Position numbers and translations under genes: made by a program | NCBI GenBank assembly: GCA_964019425.1 | Contig: OZ025794.1 | Location: 682,001 to 746,000, forward strand | Origin: Flectonema sp. DT1601 | Taxonomy: Eukaryota | Direction: 5' to 3' | DNA length: 64,000 nt | Shown here: one piece after another, positions 29,963-43,743 of the stretch | Numbering within the stretch: the stretch's first letter is position 1 | Layout: each line of letters opens with the position of its first letter | The notes under the pieces: generated by a model | Seen by the model: the letters and a program-made list of their open reading frames with translations, nothing else | Database searches by the model: none | What the model was told of the DNA's origin: nothing

Positions 29963-30961
29963 TCAGTCCAGGGATTTCGAACCAACTTGTTCTCCTTCAA
30001 TGGGAGGATCAGAAGGAAATTCTTCTTCTGCAAGCGACTGCAGAAGAGTGCTCCTTGATTCGACCAAAGAACCTTCTTCAAGAGAGAAGTTAGGAGGCTT
30101 GTTGGAAGGAGCTATCGGAGGAGTAAGTGCAGGCTCATCAACCGATTCAAAGTAATCTACCTGCGGCAACATCATCAACGCTGGTTGCTGCGGGGTTGGC
30201 TGTTCTGTCGTCGGGGAGTAGGACTCAAATTCTGATTCATCAACCGCATCTAATAAAGTAATTTGAGGAATACTTTTCATATTTTTTAAAGCTGCTGTTG
30301 TCCGTTCAGATGTTCGACCACTAAAACTAGTGGCCACAGCGCCCCGAGCGTATAAAGTGGGTGGCGGTGCCAGTTCATCATCGCTCGTATCAGTTTGGGT
30401 ATCTGTCTGTTGATAAGGAGGGGGTGGAACTGCTTCTACTTCCCCGCTGACTATAATTTCAACGTCAGGTGGGTCGGAAGCTATTAATAGATCAGCCGCC
30501 GGTATGACTTGGAGTCTCTCGATATTATTTGAATTCTGCTGTTTCTGTACTTGTTGTGTTTGTTGTAGTTCCTGTTGTTCCGCTTGTTGCTGCAATTGCT
30601 GTTGCTGATGGTTCAGCTTTTTAAAAAGTTCATTTACTTCTATCTCCCTGTCGGAGATTAGTGATTCTTGAATGGCGACATTAACTTCCCGTTCACTTAA
30701 ACTACTTAACTTGTCACGAACTTCCACCTCCCGTTTAGCCACCGCCATTTCACGATCGTAAATTTTCGCCTCTCGTATTGATAATTTTCGATCGCGATCC
30801 TCAACGTGTTCTAATCGTTCGCGATAGTCTTCTTTGATTATTCGTTCCCTGCTGAGGGTCGATTTCAGTGGTGATTGACATTTTGGTGTCTTTCGGGCGC
30901 TCAGCGTCTTGAACACCTCTGCGTATGCCTCACTCAATCGTATCGCCGACTGTTGTGACAT
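29963..30961 (-). CDS. Coiled-coil / low-complexity hypothetical protein
   Basis: Repeated RE-heptads, a polyQ stretch and an acidic Pro-rich tail. ATG at 30961. Confidence 0.65.
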   Translation of the reverse strand: MSQQSAIRLSEAYAEVFKTLSARKTPKCQSPLKSTLSRERIIKEDYRERLEHVEDRDRKLSIREAKIYDREMAVAKREVEVRDKLSSLSEREVNVAIQESLISDREIEVNELFKKLNHQQQQLQQQAEQQELQQTQQVQKQQNSNNIERLQVIPAADLLIASDPPDVEIIVSGEVEAVPPPPYQQTDTQTDTSDDELAPPPTLYARGAVATSFSGRTSERTTAALKNMKSIPQITLLDAVDESEFESYSPTTEQPTPQQPALMMLPQVDYFESVDEPALTPPIAPSNKPPNFSLEEGSLVESRSTLLQSLAEEEFPSDPPIEGEQVGSKSLD

Positions 30962-31955
30962 TTCTTTGCGTGCAACACCATCTGTTGATAAGTAATTGTA
31001 ATGATAACGTTTGATGATAACGATAAAGTTCTTCAGGTATGGTATCTGACAACTCAATTAAAAGTTGCATATCTCTGGAAAGGAAAATAGAATTGACGTG
31101 TCCTACACGAAGTAAAAGTCTAACTGTAGACAAGACTCTTAAAAGGAAACGAATATAATCAAAATGCACCCGAAGTATGTTTGGAACACTAAAGAAAGAG
31201 TACCACGTCGTCTGCTTTCTACGGCAAATCAGCTTTCAAGTTTGACAACAAGAAATGGACGTAGCAGTCGGCTGCGCGGGGGATAGAAATTGAATCTGAA
31301 GATTTGCTTTTGGAATTCCAGTTGTGAAATCAGAACACAATAACGTCCTCTCTGGAGGCACAAGCTACACTCCCATCATCGAAAGGCTTCGCAGATGACT
31401 GACGAAGAACACGGTATGGCGATACTCTCACACTAGAAGGTTTCCCGAGTAGCAGTAAGTCCACTTGAGTTGAGTTCCAAAAGGTTTTAACAAAAAGTAA
31501 GGCGTAGCGTTATTTCTATTGAGCAGTCCAGTAGGCTGCAGAAACACTGACTGAGTCAAGAAACGAAAGAAAAAACTAAAGCAAAAAAGAAAGTTACGCA
31601 CATGAAAGCGCAACGACAGCAGTGAGCATAGCAGATCGTTCTGCAAATGCAATTAGACAATCAGACGGACTTACATCAAATGTGGTTATTGAGAGAAATC
31701 ATCTACGCCAACCCTCATAAGATTCACTCGGTTCTGCTTCTCAAATCAAAAAAAAGAAATTTTAATTAATGAAATGAATAATATTATATCGGATTAATAA
31801 ACAGCAGGCAGCTGTTGAAAACTCTCTTCGCTAAAATCTCTATAAGACGTCTGTCGAAAGTTGCGAAGTCTCGTCCCCGATGACGAAAGTCTCAGCGAGC
31901 TCATTACTGTCACTGTCATTGCAGTCAAATCAAAGCCGCCTGGACTTCAGAAAGA

Positions 31956-33474
31956 CTATTCCATTCTTACTTCATACTGACCAGCCTGGGTGATGTGACG
32001 CACCCAGTGAAGCGATTCGTAATTACTCTGCTCTGTTACTTTTACGTATTTTACCTGTTGATTGTTTCGTTTTTATCTTAATTCCTTTCTATGATGAAAT
32101 GAGTAATGAACATGTAAGCGTGTCGACTAATCTCTCTTACAGAATTGTATCAAACAAAATTCATACCTCCATTCCAGAGAGCGACAGGATAGGAATCTGA
32201 AAGTTGACTGAGATTGGCTTCTTAACGGTCGTGTCCTTCTGGCGAATTGAAGGAAGACCAAAAGTACAGCGACAGACAACTTCTTTACCACCAGGGAAGA
32301 ACTGTTTTGTTTGGTGTTGATTTTGTTGGAGGAATTGATAAGAACAAATGAAACAAAATGATAAGCCTCTCAGGTTTCCTTACCCAATAAGAGACTTTCA
32401 ACAAACCTTGAGTGTCCACTTCACACAGTTTTCGTTAGGAAGATACTTAACATCATTTCTACCAGTGCTTGCTTTAAACTGAGGTGAGTCAGCATCAGGT
32501 GGTACCGGAATGCGAAGTTCTACGCTGGATGCAACAGAACTCTTTCGGTATGTTGACTTCACCTTCACAAGGATCTCGAGACGTGTTCCGTGGCGTTCTA
32601 CTTGTGAGGATACGTCGATAATTGGCTTCACTCGACAAGGTAAACGGTACGTCATAAGTTCAAAGTCACCATCTGGTGGTATAAATAAAATCGTTCGGTC
32701 GGCGTCGAATCGATTCAACATAACACACTGATGGAACTTTATGTCATCCAGTTCAATTCCCCTCACTTCGCTGTTAGATGCACTTGGTCGACGGAGCATC
32801 GCGCACTGCTTGTCATTTAAGGCGACCTTGACTTCCGGCATACCAGAGAGTTCACACTTTATTTTCACAGCTCCCTGAATTTCGGAATGAAGAACGTCAC
32901 CATTTGTGTTTACTAAAAGGTTTACCGAGTCAACGATGTCTAAAAAGATTTGATTCTTTCTGTGCTTGATTCCTTCAGGTCTCCATGGACAAGTACCACT
33001 TGCTCCAGTCATTGCCGGAGGTAAATCTTTCAGTACGTCAGAGTCACTTAGAAGTAATTTATGTGATTCCTGAGTAATAAAGTCACGAAGCACCTTCGAC
33101 TCCGTAAATTGCGGGTAGCCGAAATCCATCATTTCATCAAGCAGTTCGTAAATAACGACAAAGTTATCCCTAATACTCTCTTCTGTAACTGTTTCCATGT
33201 ACTCCTGAAACACTTTTAATAAGTGATGAAGATACACAACCAACATGGATGCGTTGCAATTTATCTTCGAAACCAACACGAAGTAGATGTTGTTGTGAAG
33301 CAGCCAAGCAAACGTCAGCCCGTCAACTTCAAAAATTGGCTTCACGAGGCAGTCTTCTTCTTCAATTACCCTCTGAACAAAGATCTCAGTAACGGTGTAG
33401 GGCACATCTTGTCGGTAGTTTCTCGTAATCAAAGGTTTCCCTTTAGTGTTTAAAAGCACCAATGCAGATGCCAT
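31956..33474 (-). CDS. AP1M: AP-1 adaptor complex mu subunit; exons 33474-32407, 32301-32167, 32054-31956
   Basis: SIRDNFVVIYELLDEMMDFGYPQFTE, DDIKFHQCV and FIPPDGDFELMTYR. The spliced C-terminus reads FFPGGKE...SLSGMEVKYVKV...WVRHITQAG. Confidence 0.92.
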
Positions 33475-36075
33475 TTTCCCTTAAATTCTTCCTGAGAATG
33501 TAAACAAAATATACACAAATAAAACAACATATTCTCAGCTCGTTGCTGCGACTCCTGTTTTCTATACGTCAAGTACCTGTCAGAATAAAAAAACAGATCA
33601 TAAAATTGAATGAAAAATTTTTATAAAAAAAAAAAAAGATAAAACCACTTTTGTCATGTTGTTCTGTTCTGTTCTTTCAATCGGAATACCCTAACATTCC
33701 TTTTTTATAAAGTTCGCACTATTTTATTTAATTTACGTCCGGACGGCAATTCTTAGCCGCAGGTGCTTGTTAAGAGTTAAGACAACGACAGGATCGATGT
33801 ACTACTACTCGGTTATTCTGTTTCGTAACTTCTTTTTTTTTTCTTTCTTTCTTTCTTTCATTTTTTTTTTTTTTTTTTTTCCCCCTTTTAACCACTTGCT
33901 ATTTCAGTAGACTTGGAGATTGTCATCTTTTTATTACATTTTGTGTTTTTCTTTTTTTTTCTTTCTTTTCTTTTCTTTTCGTTCCTTTTTTTTTTTTTTT
34001 TTGTCTTTTCACTTTCTGTTTAGGGTGTCATCATCTCCTTTTTGGCAGAGAAGATTTGTTCCCAAAATATGAAATGAAAACAATCACGAAAAACGTTGTA
34101 CAACTTAAGTACAGTACTTAAGGAAGTTATACAAAAATAAAACTCCAGGAAAAATAAAATAAAAAAAATAAAAAACACTGGGATTTGGTATTATTAATTT
34201 GTTTTTTTTTTGCACGTAACTATAACACTCCGGTAGAAGGTGTTCGTGATATAAATGTAAGATATCGGACAAAAAGAAAAATAAGAATCGCTTGAAGTTT
34301 TTTTTTTTTTTTCAGAAAAAGAATTAAGTGTTCGCTTTTCGAGTTGGCAACAGTCTCCAAATAATTAGGGAACAGGCCAATGCTCCGCACCGTTTGATAC
34401 TTTAATTGCAATATTGTCATCCCACACTTAGTTCGTTCCGATGTTCGTGCCTACTGATGTTTTGACCATCGATTATTATCAATTAGAGCAGATCGTCACC
34501 ACCTGACGATGGTAAAAGAAAAAAAAAAATAAATAAACAAAAGGAAATCAGAATCGAACTTCGCACTCATTTACTATTTCTGTTGTTCAACACTCCCTTC
34601 TGTTAATGACTAAAAACAGACACAATTGGATGTATTTGGAATAGATTGCTTTAATAAATACACAAAGGGGTAGCAGGAACTACCGCTGTTGAAGTTTGCA
34701 GGCCCTCCACAACAGGAGCCTGCCATGGATCAGCAAGACCATGACAAGAAAGAATGGGAAAATAAAAGTGTTCGGGTAAGGGAATAGGGTAGAGTAAGGC
34801 TCGCAAGTTGGGTACAAAAGAAACAATACCAAGATCGGGGAGGAGAAGAAAAAAGGAATCACTCAATCAGGTTGCAGGGAGTACAGGCTGACATGGTCGC
34901 AACGGCTTCAAAATACTTTTATTTCTCGTAGAACCTACTTTATTACCGTACACAACCAATTCTGGATTGGAAACTGACTAAAGCCAAGATCTGCATTCGA
35001 TGCAACAGATTAAGCTGGGGAGGGAATTACTTTTCTCTTTTTATTTACTTTTTTTTTTCTTTTGAGATAAAATCACCTTTTTGAAAACCAAACCAGGCTT
35101 TAATTTAAGGAACATCGAATTGATATTACCATCTCAGTAAGCCGCTGGGAGGGAAGCTTTGCTTGTGAGTAAGAAGCGAATTAACGTAAGCGAAGCGTCA
35201 ACGCACGCTGGGCCTTGATGCTGAAGGGGAAAGAAAGGCAATTACTTGGTTCCCTTATTTCACAACCCTTAGTTGATATAAACCAATGCAGAAATCGGAA
35301 GTAGAAGAAGCAGAGGAGATCTTCTTAGTTTAGATACCATTACAGTCATCCAACGTTTTCAACTTAAAACTGGTTGCTACTAAGAGGTGTCAACACTTGA
35401 GAGAAGCTATTTCAGCTACAAAGCACCAGATGACTCTCCTTCTCCACCTACAAGATGATGTGAGACATTCATTTCTTCGTAATTTATCAATCAAATAAAA
35501 AAGACTAGACTGGCAAGTAGAATCTGAAAAGGTGTACCCCCCTCGGTAGTTGGGAATAGAAAAATGTTATTACAACGACAATATATCGAAAAAATAAAAC
35601 AAAATTGGAAAACAGAGAGGAAAGGGCGAAAAATGAAACGCTAAAATAAAACACCACCAGTCAGGTGTTGGCGAGGTTGAATAGAAATATAAACGAGAAA
35701 ATACAACCTTGCTACAGACAACAGTAAACTTACTGGAGACTTTCTATTAAATAAAACCAACCAGAACCTATTGACTTGCCCTTTAATGTTAGTATCCTTC
35801 TCGTTTGCCCAATTGAATAACGAATGAGCGGAACGATGCCTCACTTTAATAGCTTTGGAGGCAGGAAGGGTGCAGACGCCGCGAAGAGAGTTCAAAATTC
35901 CAAATATGGTGTCCCAAAATAAGCGGGAAAAAGAGAGAAAATAAACAAGCAAAGAAAATGTAAAAAAAAAAAGAACGAACCAGAAGAAAACTGACAGGAG
36001 GGACACCAACCCGTCTGACTCCACTGCCAACTCTGACTCTCTTCCGATAAAGACCTCAACTACCAGTAACTACGT

Positions 36076-36171
36076 TCAGCGACGCAGCCGTTGCAAAGCA
36101 GCATCTGTAGCTGGCTCATTTAACTGTGCCAGTAATTCCACTTCACTTAGCTTTCCTCCTTTGGACCGCGA

Positions 36172-36204
<33 letters not shown>

Positions 36205-39019
36205 ATTCTTCGAAGGTGATGTGTTAGTAAACTGTTGGGTTGGTATTTATTGTTAAAATAGTGAAACCACTACTAACTCGTAAATGTGAATGTAACATAC
36301 CGAAAGCAGTTCTTTCTCAAGGTCGAGAGCAGAGCATCCAGCTTCAACACTTGCATCAACAGGTCCGCTGCTGGTAGATACCTGAGCACCGTCACCGAGT
36401 AGGGACTGAAGGGTAGCAATGACATCACTGCCTTCGCTCTTTGGCTGCGATTGTTGCTGCTGCTTGCGGTTGTGCTGCATCTGGTGCTGGTGCTGCATCA
36501 TTTGCTGGTGTTGCTGCTGATGTTGCAATTGCATCTGAGCCATTTGTTGATGCTGCAGCTGCTGCATCTGCTGATGCTGATTCTGATGCTGACTCTGTTG
36601 CAACTGTTGGAGCTGCTGCTGCTGTTGTTTTTGCTGCAGCTGCTGAAGTTGTTGATGTTGCTGGTGTTGCTGCTGCTGCTGTTGCTGCAACTGCATCTGG
36701 GCCATTTGCCACTGCTGCTGTTGGGTCTGTTTTTTTTTATTCTCTTTTCTAATGAAGATCTCTCGCTAAAATATTAAATTATAAACATACATGTTGTTGT
36801 TGTTGTTGTTGTTGCTGTTGCTGCTGCTGTTGCTGCTGCGCAAGTAGTAGTGCGGCTGCATTTTGCTGCTGAGATGTCTGAAATGCGGCCTGCTGCTGCT
36901 GCTGCTGCTGCTGTTGTTGTTGCTGCTGTTGTTGTAATCTCTGAAATTGTTGCAGTTGTGGGTTTTCCATGCCAGGCTGTTGCTGCCGCTGTTGCTGCTG
37001 AACAAGCTGAAGTAACAGTTGTTGTTGTTGCAGAATTTGCTGCTGTTGTGATTTTGCCTGTTGACCACCCTGCTGTTGTTGCTGAAGTTGCAGCTGCTGA
37101 ATGACTTGTTGGTTTGCTTGTGGGACGAGAGTTGGTGAAACAACTGGACGAGGGGAAATCTGCTGAGATGGCTGCTGAAGCTGCTCCTGCTGTTGTTTTT
37201 GTTGCTGCTGCAAATGCTGCTGCTGAAGTTGCTGCTGAAGTTGCTGTTGTTGTTGCAGTGCCTGCTGTTGCTTCAGCTGAAGTTGCAACTGTTGAATGTG
37301 TGCAACCTGTTGCTGTTGATGATGTTGGTGCTGATGTTGCTGCTGAAGTAGCTGCTGTTTTTCATGTTGCTGTTGCAATAACTGCTGCTGCTGCTGCTGC
37401 TGCTGTTGTTGTTGTTCTTGCTGGTGCTCTTGCTGTTTTTGTAAATGCTGTTCTTGTTGTTGTTGCTGCTGCAGCTGCTGCTGGAGTTTGCGAACGATAT
37501 CAATTTCGTTTTGGTCTTGATTGTTGAGTTGTTGCTTCTGTTGCAGGAGCATATTCTGTTGCTGCTGTGCTTGCTGCTGGAGTTGTAATTGTTGCTGGTG
37601 CTGTTGAGATTGCTTCTGTTGCCGCTGTTTCTGTTGCTGTTGGGCTTGCTGTGGTGCATCCTGCTTCCGGGACGCTGGCTTTGCGGTTTGCTGTTTTGAA
37701 GATTCTGCTTGAGATGGAGAGCTCATTTGACCGAGCTGCTGGGAAAGGGAAGCAATAATGCTGCCGGCATCAATATCGGAATCAGTGGTGATAGTAGTGG
37801 CAGTGGTAGTTGTAGGAGCTTCTTCTGATGCCTTTTTCGGAGGTGAAGTCGGCGCCTGTTGAACAGGTGCCTGTTTCTTGCTGGCTACTTGTTTAACTGG
37901 AGCAGCTATGGCTGCAGGTGGCTTAGTTACAGCTGGTGGCTTCTTAGTGTCCTTGTCGCTGGTGGCTGGGGTTGCTTTTGTTTGTTGTTTTGGGAGGTTT
38001 CTCAGTGCTGCATCTGCGTACGATAAGATTGGGGCTGGTGCTGCAGCTGGAGTTGCCTTTTCTACAGGCTGGGTTGACGAAGCAAGGGTCGCAATCGCAG
38101 CAGCAACCGGCATTACGGCATTCTTTTCTTTTGGTTTAGGCACCTCCTCCTTTGCTGGTTTGCCTGCATGAGCTTTATCAGCAGCCTTTGACTTTACAGG
38201 AAGTGGTTTCGCGTATTTATAAGCGTTGAGGACGATTGATAACTTCTGCCAGTCTGCTGATTCACCTTCTCCAGTGTACGAAACTTCAACATCAAGGTCA
38301 ATCATTCCTTCTTCCAACCAATCCAGTAATTGTGGCCACACACAGTCGACAACCTTTGAAGGGGTTGCAGTTCTTCTGTAAAACCATTCCTGTTCTCCTT
38401 TGAAAATAGGATCTTTACTCGGTGATGAAGGAGGCGCTTCTTTCTCGGGTGCAATTGCTTCAGGTGGAGGCGAAGTTGGCGTTGGAGAAGTCCGTTTTTC
38501 AAGCCCTCTCCATCCCCCTGTTGCTGGCTGCTCTCTCGTAGCAGGTTTTTTGGAAGTCAAGGTGAATCGAGGAGGAACACCCTTTTCATTGGTCACGCCC
38601 TCTATTTTCTCCAACCAATCAGGAAATGGAGTTACTTTAAACAGCTTAGTCAACTCAGCCTTTGTGTAGTCCTTCTTCACAACCTTCTTTTCCTTCTCTT
38701 TCTCCTTGTCGACTACCTTCTCCTTGTCGACCTTCTCTTTCTCTTTCTCGACTTTTTCTTTCCCCTTCTCGACCTTCTCCTTTTCTTTCCCCTTCTCGAC
38801 CTTCTCCTTCTCTTTCCCCTTCTCGACCTTCTCCTTCTCTTTTTCTTTCTCGACCTTCTCTTTCTCTTTCCCCTTCTCAACCTTCTCTTTCTCGACCTTC
38901 TCTTTCCCTTTTTCAACTACTTTCTCCTTCTCAGCTTTTTCCTTCTTCGGCTCTTCAGTCTCTTTCTTGTCTTTTTCCCTCACTTTGTCAACCCACCGCG
39001 ACCCTCCCTTGTCAGGCAT
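36076..39019 (-). CDS. Very Gln-rich protein with KE repeats and a GYF-like domain; exons 39019-36791, 36726-36301, 36231-36076
   Basis: EWFYRR...WPQLLDWLEEGMIDLDVEV is GYF-like. PolyQ tracts continue across two GTATGT...CAG introns to TGA at 36076. Confidence 0.75.
38690..38960. repeat. Coding minisatellite (~27-bp unit, KVEKGKEKE)
   Basis: Tandem tcgaccttctcctt(c/t)tctttccccttc variants. Confidence 0.85.
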
Positions 39020-39961
39020 ATTATTATCTTGTGGGGTTTTTAGATGTGTATTTCTTTACTAGTTTCCTGGTTGTTAATAATAATAAAACACGTAATATCA
39101 CAATTATGTATTTCATACTAAAGGAGAATTTTTTTTTCTTTTTTTCTTATTTTGAGATTTCAGTTTTAATACTTCTCTTGGATGACAAAATTTGTTAAAA
39201 CCAAAAGAAGAAAAATAAAAAGAAGAAAAAAAAGAGGACAAAACAGGGTAAGTGGGTGTAGATAGGGGTAAATGACCACAATTTGTGTAAATGGAAGTGT
39301 TGTTGATTTTGTATGTTTGCAAAAAAAAAAAAAAAAGGCTTTTGTTTTTGTTTTGATATTGGTATGTTATTTATAACAACACGGAGAACGAATGTGGGGG
39401 ACTGAGGGAGGATACCCGCGGATTTAATCAAACTTCCACCTTCTGTATCAAATGCGCATAATCTTCTTTTTCAACTCCATTGGCTGAATCAGTCAGTTGG
39501 TACCTAAGAAGGGGAGAGAAACCCGTCTCTGGATCACGGGTGGGAACTATACAAGAAATATTCCGAAGCAAAGAACCTTCGGGGGAGTTGTCGAAACATA
39601 TAAGTTCAAGAGATGGGAAAAGCTCAAAAATCTTCTTTTCGAGAACTGATACTCCGAACTTTATAATGACCGTTGGAGTAATAGCAGCTAGTTAATGAGG
39701 CGATCAAATTGAAGCTAAACACCCAAAAGGAGTTTAAGAAGATAGGGAATAGGAATAGCGTGTGTTCATTTCATCTTATGAGATTTTTTTTTTTTTTTTT
39801 TAAGAGATGAGCAAGGAAAACACTTAGAGGAGAAATAAATATCTTTTTTTTTTTTTTTTCAATCTTTTAATTCCTTTTATCCAACGAGTACTGCTGCTCG
39901 ATTACTTTAAAGGGACGAACGAACTGAAATTCGCACAACTATGTAATTAAATGCAATTTGA

Positions 39962-40075
39962 AGGAGGTAAACTTATATCTTATTATCAAGCTCAAAGGAA
40001 CAACAATCTCTCGGACAATCTTGACTGCAGCGGCTTGAAGGAGGGGGGAGACTGGGTATTAAGGACTTTTTACAA
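39962..40075. repeat. Dispersed repeat, copy B
   Basis: Homologous to 27568-27737 but lacks the central hairpin insert. Confidence 0.75.
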
Positions 40076-42283
40076 ATTAAAGGAGGAGAAGGGAGAGTTT
40101 GCTCCTTACAACTAAAACAGTGGATTGGCGTTCGGTTTCTCTCTCAAGCAGAACGTGTCTGCGGAAGCAGATGTTTGTAGACTACCGAGACGAAGATAAA
40201 AAGAACTGTAATAATATTAACCATCCAGTTATATCATTAAAAATACGAGGGTGCAATAAATAGATAGCGAAACCCATGGCGTTGCACTTTGCGCATCTAT
40301 TAGCTAGAGAAGCAAGTAATTCCAATAAACCGTCCGAATGAATGTAAAGAACCACAGATAGATATCAAGTAATTTTAGAGAGAGTCAACAAGTAAAACAT
40401 AATTACAAGTTCCTTTCAGTTCTTTTTTTATTTTTTTCTCCTCATCTTTACATTTCATTTTCTTCCACAACACCCTTCAGGGAACAAGCACATGTTTGTG
40501 ATTTTCACGAAGTGCATGTGCTTACACTGTAGAGACAAGAATCCAAAAAAAAAACAACAAAAAAAAAAAAAACATAAAAAGAAAAGACGAAACAAATTTA
40601 TGAACCCCACAAAAGAACGTCTGCAGTTGCAGCTTTTGAGCGTTTCAATCATTGGTTGTAACCCTACAAATCAGCCACATGTATGGGCTCTTTATAAGGT
40701 TTTCATTTTGGTAGTGCATTGCTCTAGTTTGGTGCGAGAAAAGAAACGTTTTATGAGCTCTTTTGAATGCCTACAGGCGCTTTTTAAGAAAAAAGAAACC
40801 CACAATGAGCCCATATTCAACCGATACCGCAAAGTAATAGTTCCAACAGTTTTACGGCGTGAGTGCAAGAAGCAAACGCTGCAAGCGAAAGGTCGCATCC
40901 TGCGGTTCAAAAAGGCGATACGATTACATCAACGTGAGGGATTAAGAAGTTTTTATGCACAGTTTGGTGTGGTTAAGTTTGGGAGGAAATTTTCGGATAA
41001 AAAAGAAAAAAACCAGTCAAGCTACAAGTCATGGCAAGAATAAAAAAAGGACGACTTCGTTGGCACTGATGCCTAGGAGCTGACTTGTCGACTGGGCAAT
41101 GAAAATAGGGAGAGGTGAATCTTACCTTTAGTCTTCGGTAATATGCGCAACTGGGAAACTAGAAACAAAATATCTAGCGTCATGCCTGACGAAACGGGAC
41201 GGGTTTAATGCTGTCAAGGGAGACGATATGATGAGAAATGGATCAATCATCAATGAGGGGATATGCACAATGTGGGAAGATGATCAGAATATCGAATAGC
41301 ACTACGCAAGCAACCCTGACAGCATTGCTGACCTTAACACAAAAATAAAAATAAAACGAACGGGGAGAGGAAGTATGTACTGCGGGAGGGTATATTTCGA
41401 TAAAATATTTAATTTTTTTTAAAAAAAGAATTTTGGGGAACTGGAGGCATCCTTAACAGCAACTCGAGACCTGCTTTTTCTTAAGTCGCGTGCGTGTGCT
41501 GGATTAGAAGATAGAAAACAAACAAAAATTCAAAATGGCTTCATTTATTGCACCAAGAGTTGTATTGAACGTCCTTTAAGAAGTTAAGGAACGCTCACAA
41601 CTTTTTATCTCACAAAAATCTGTTATCAGTTTGCCTAAGGCTACCAACTCTGTTTTTTGTGCGGAAAAAAAAGAGGGGAAAAAAATACTTGGCCACAGTC
41701 TTAATGTGGTTGCTTGAATGAATGATTACTAACAGACAACAGGATCAAGAGGGGAATTCTATTTCTGGTGTTGTCAACAGGCGATTCGAAAACTCTCACG
41801 AAATGCAAAAAAAAAAAAAAAAAAAAGAAATTCGGATTATTTCACAGACATCAATATATTAGTCTTCACTCAGGGAGAGGATTCAATTCATTTGTACAAC
41901 TTAAAATAAATTGGACAGGGAAATAGTAACAACTGATGGAGAAATGTAAATAGTTTTTCTTTCGTATTGAACAAGTGGCGCGGGAGGAAGAAAACAATAA
42001 AGATATTTCAATTGCGAGTGTTTAAAATGGAAGGAGGTAACAGCATCATATGCCTGAGTACAGCCCGCGCGGGGGTCAGCTGTCAATGCTGCTAACATTT
42101 CATGGAAATCACAACTACTCTATCTGAAGAATATTTAATTTGTAGAACGAGAGTTCTCACAGATGACAATGACTGTCCGACCCATCAACTGTCTTCATAT
42201 AATTGAGATGTCTGACGGCGAGGGATAGTTCGATTCATCGACAGCAGTCTCACAGAACATGCAACACACGAGGAATTACAATT

Positions 42284-43370
42284 TCAAATAATATTATTCG
42301 AATCGTGTGTCGAGTACACTCCGTTAATATAATTTGGAATGGCAGGTGACGAAGGCGGAGGCAAAGTAGGAGAAGTGAGCGCAGGAGGTTCTAATTTAAT
42401 AGGAGTTGAAGGATGGTGGTAATTTGGTTGAAGAAGAGCTACTGCTTCAGATACCCGTTGTGATAATAAAGTACTGTCTACTAATAAACATGACAACTCT
42501 GCCTCATCTAATCCGTCTAACAACATGCCTGTTACCTTTGCTGCAATCGCTGGATTGTCAGCAGCGATTCTTGCGAATAGTTGATCGCCGAGGAACTGCC
42601 TCTCCTCTGTCATGTGACGTTCTCCTACTAACACAATTGATCTCGCGCAGTACCAATCGATGTCACCTCTCGGGCCCTGCACTGCATACGGAACCTCAGA
42701 GTTATCATCTTCAACAATAGTTCCAATCTCACCCAGATGGATAGCACACTTACCAAATTCTGGCTCTCCAGCTAACATAACTAAAGAACCAACTAATGGT
42801 TGCTGTTGGCAATTTGGATTGGCAGGCCAACCCGTGTGGGTAGCATGCGGGAGCCCAAAATTGCTGCAGTAGTTGTACCCGCTATTGTGGTGGTTAATTA
42901 GTTGGTTGCCAGCCATGTTATTTGGAGGAACAGAATTACAGCCTGGCTGCTGCAATGGAGGCTGTCGCATCTGTTGCTGTTGCTGTTGAATAGTTGCTCT
43001 CGCTTCACTGTACAGCTGCTGCTGCTGTTGTGGGGTCAGCGACTGTTGTTGTTGTTAAACAGCTTCAAGGTAACAAACTCCCCACTTTATTAAGCCTTCT
43101 TCCCACTAACACAAAAAGTGTTTTACTTAAAAAGAAGAAATGACAACAAAGTAAATACAAACCTCTACACCTCCTGGAGGGGCCTGCATGTAATGAACAA
43201 CTCGCACAACCCGAACTTGCTTTTGCTGTTTTATTATTTTAACACAACTGAACTAATATAGTAATCCAACACAGTAATTACCTTCACCAACATACCGGAG
43301 GGCATTGCGGTTGCATCGGTTGCTGGTGCTGCAGCGCCGTTGTAGGGAGTGCGCTTATCGTTTCTGCCAT
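42284..43370 (-). CDS. MLLE/PABC-domain protein (multi-exon)
   Basis: ERQFLGDQLFARIAADNPAIAAKVTGMLLD is the MLLE signature. Short upstream exons start from ATG 43370; exon borders are approximate. Confidence 0.75.
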
Positions 43371-43701
43371 TTTAGCAAAGGTGGCCTGTTAGAATATGTA
43401 GTTAACAACGCAGAGACAAAATCACAACTCAGCTCCAACTAAACAGCTATTGAAGTGCTGCGCACCTGATATCAAGAAAACTAAAATAGTGGTTTTTACT
43501 TCTCGAAAATTAATCAAAAAAAACCGTTCTGAGCTCCAAGCTTGACGGTAGACAGAACAACATGACTGAGCTAAAACAGAGATCGAATTAATTAAAATGA
43601 AAAAATATTTTAAAGTTTTATTTTGTAGACGAGTCTACCAACAGACGCTTCCCTTAATCAAAACAAATTAAGGGTGCCCCAGTCTTGATTATGAGGAAAT
43701 G

Positions 43702-43706
<5 letters not shown>

Positions 43707-43740
<34 letters not shown>
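43707..43740. repeat. (CT)n microsatellite
   Basis: Uninterrupted ct dinucleotide run. Confidence 0.95.

Positions 43741-43743
<3 letters not shown>

Noticed and set aside
33492..33538. Non-canonical intron with paired ends (ctgagaat...attctcag) upstream of AP-1 mu
   Set aside because: It is only an 8-bp inverted repeat and is equally explained as an ordinary splice-acceptor region. All introns I could verify are GT-AG.
34104..34122. Short palindrome cttaagtac-a-gtacttaag (also gcctgatt-aa-aatcaggc at 3364-3381)
   Set aside because: Too short and isolated to interpret.
36425..38916. Alternative-frame and antisense Ala/Val/Leu/Ser-rich ORFs
   Set aside because: They are by-products of CAG/CAA and KE repeats in the polyQ gene.
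38690..38960. CRISPR-like repeat array
   Set aside because: It is a tandem coding repeat without unique spacers, in a eukaryotic context.
40492..41043. 183-aa + strand ORF
   Set aside because: It is antisense to the cluster, driven by A-tracts, and has no protein-like motifs.
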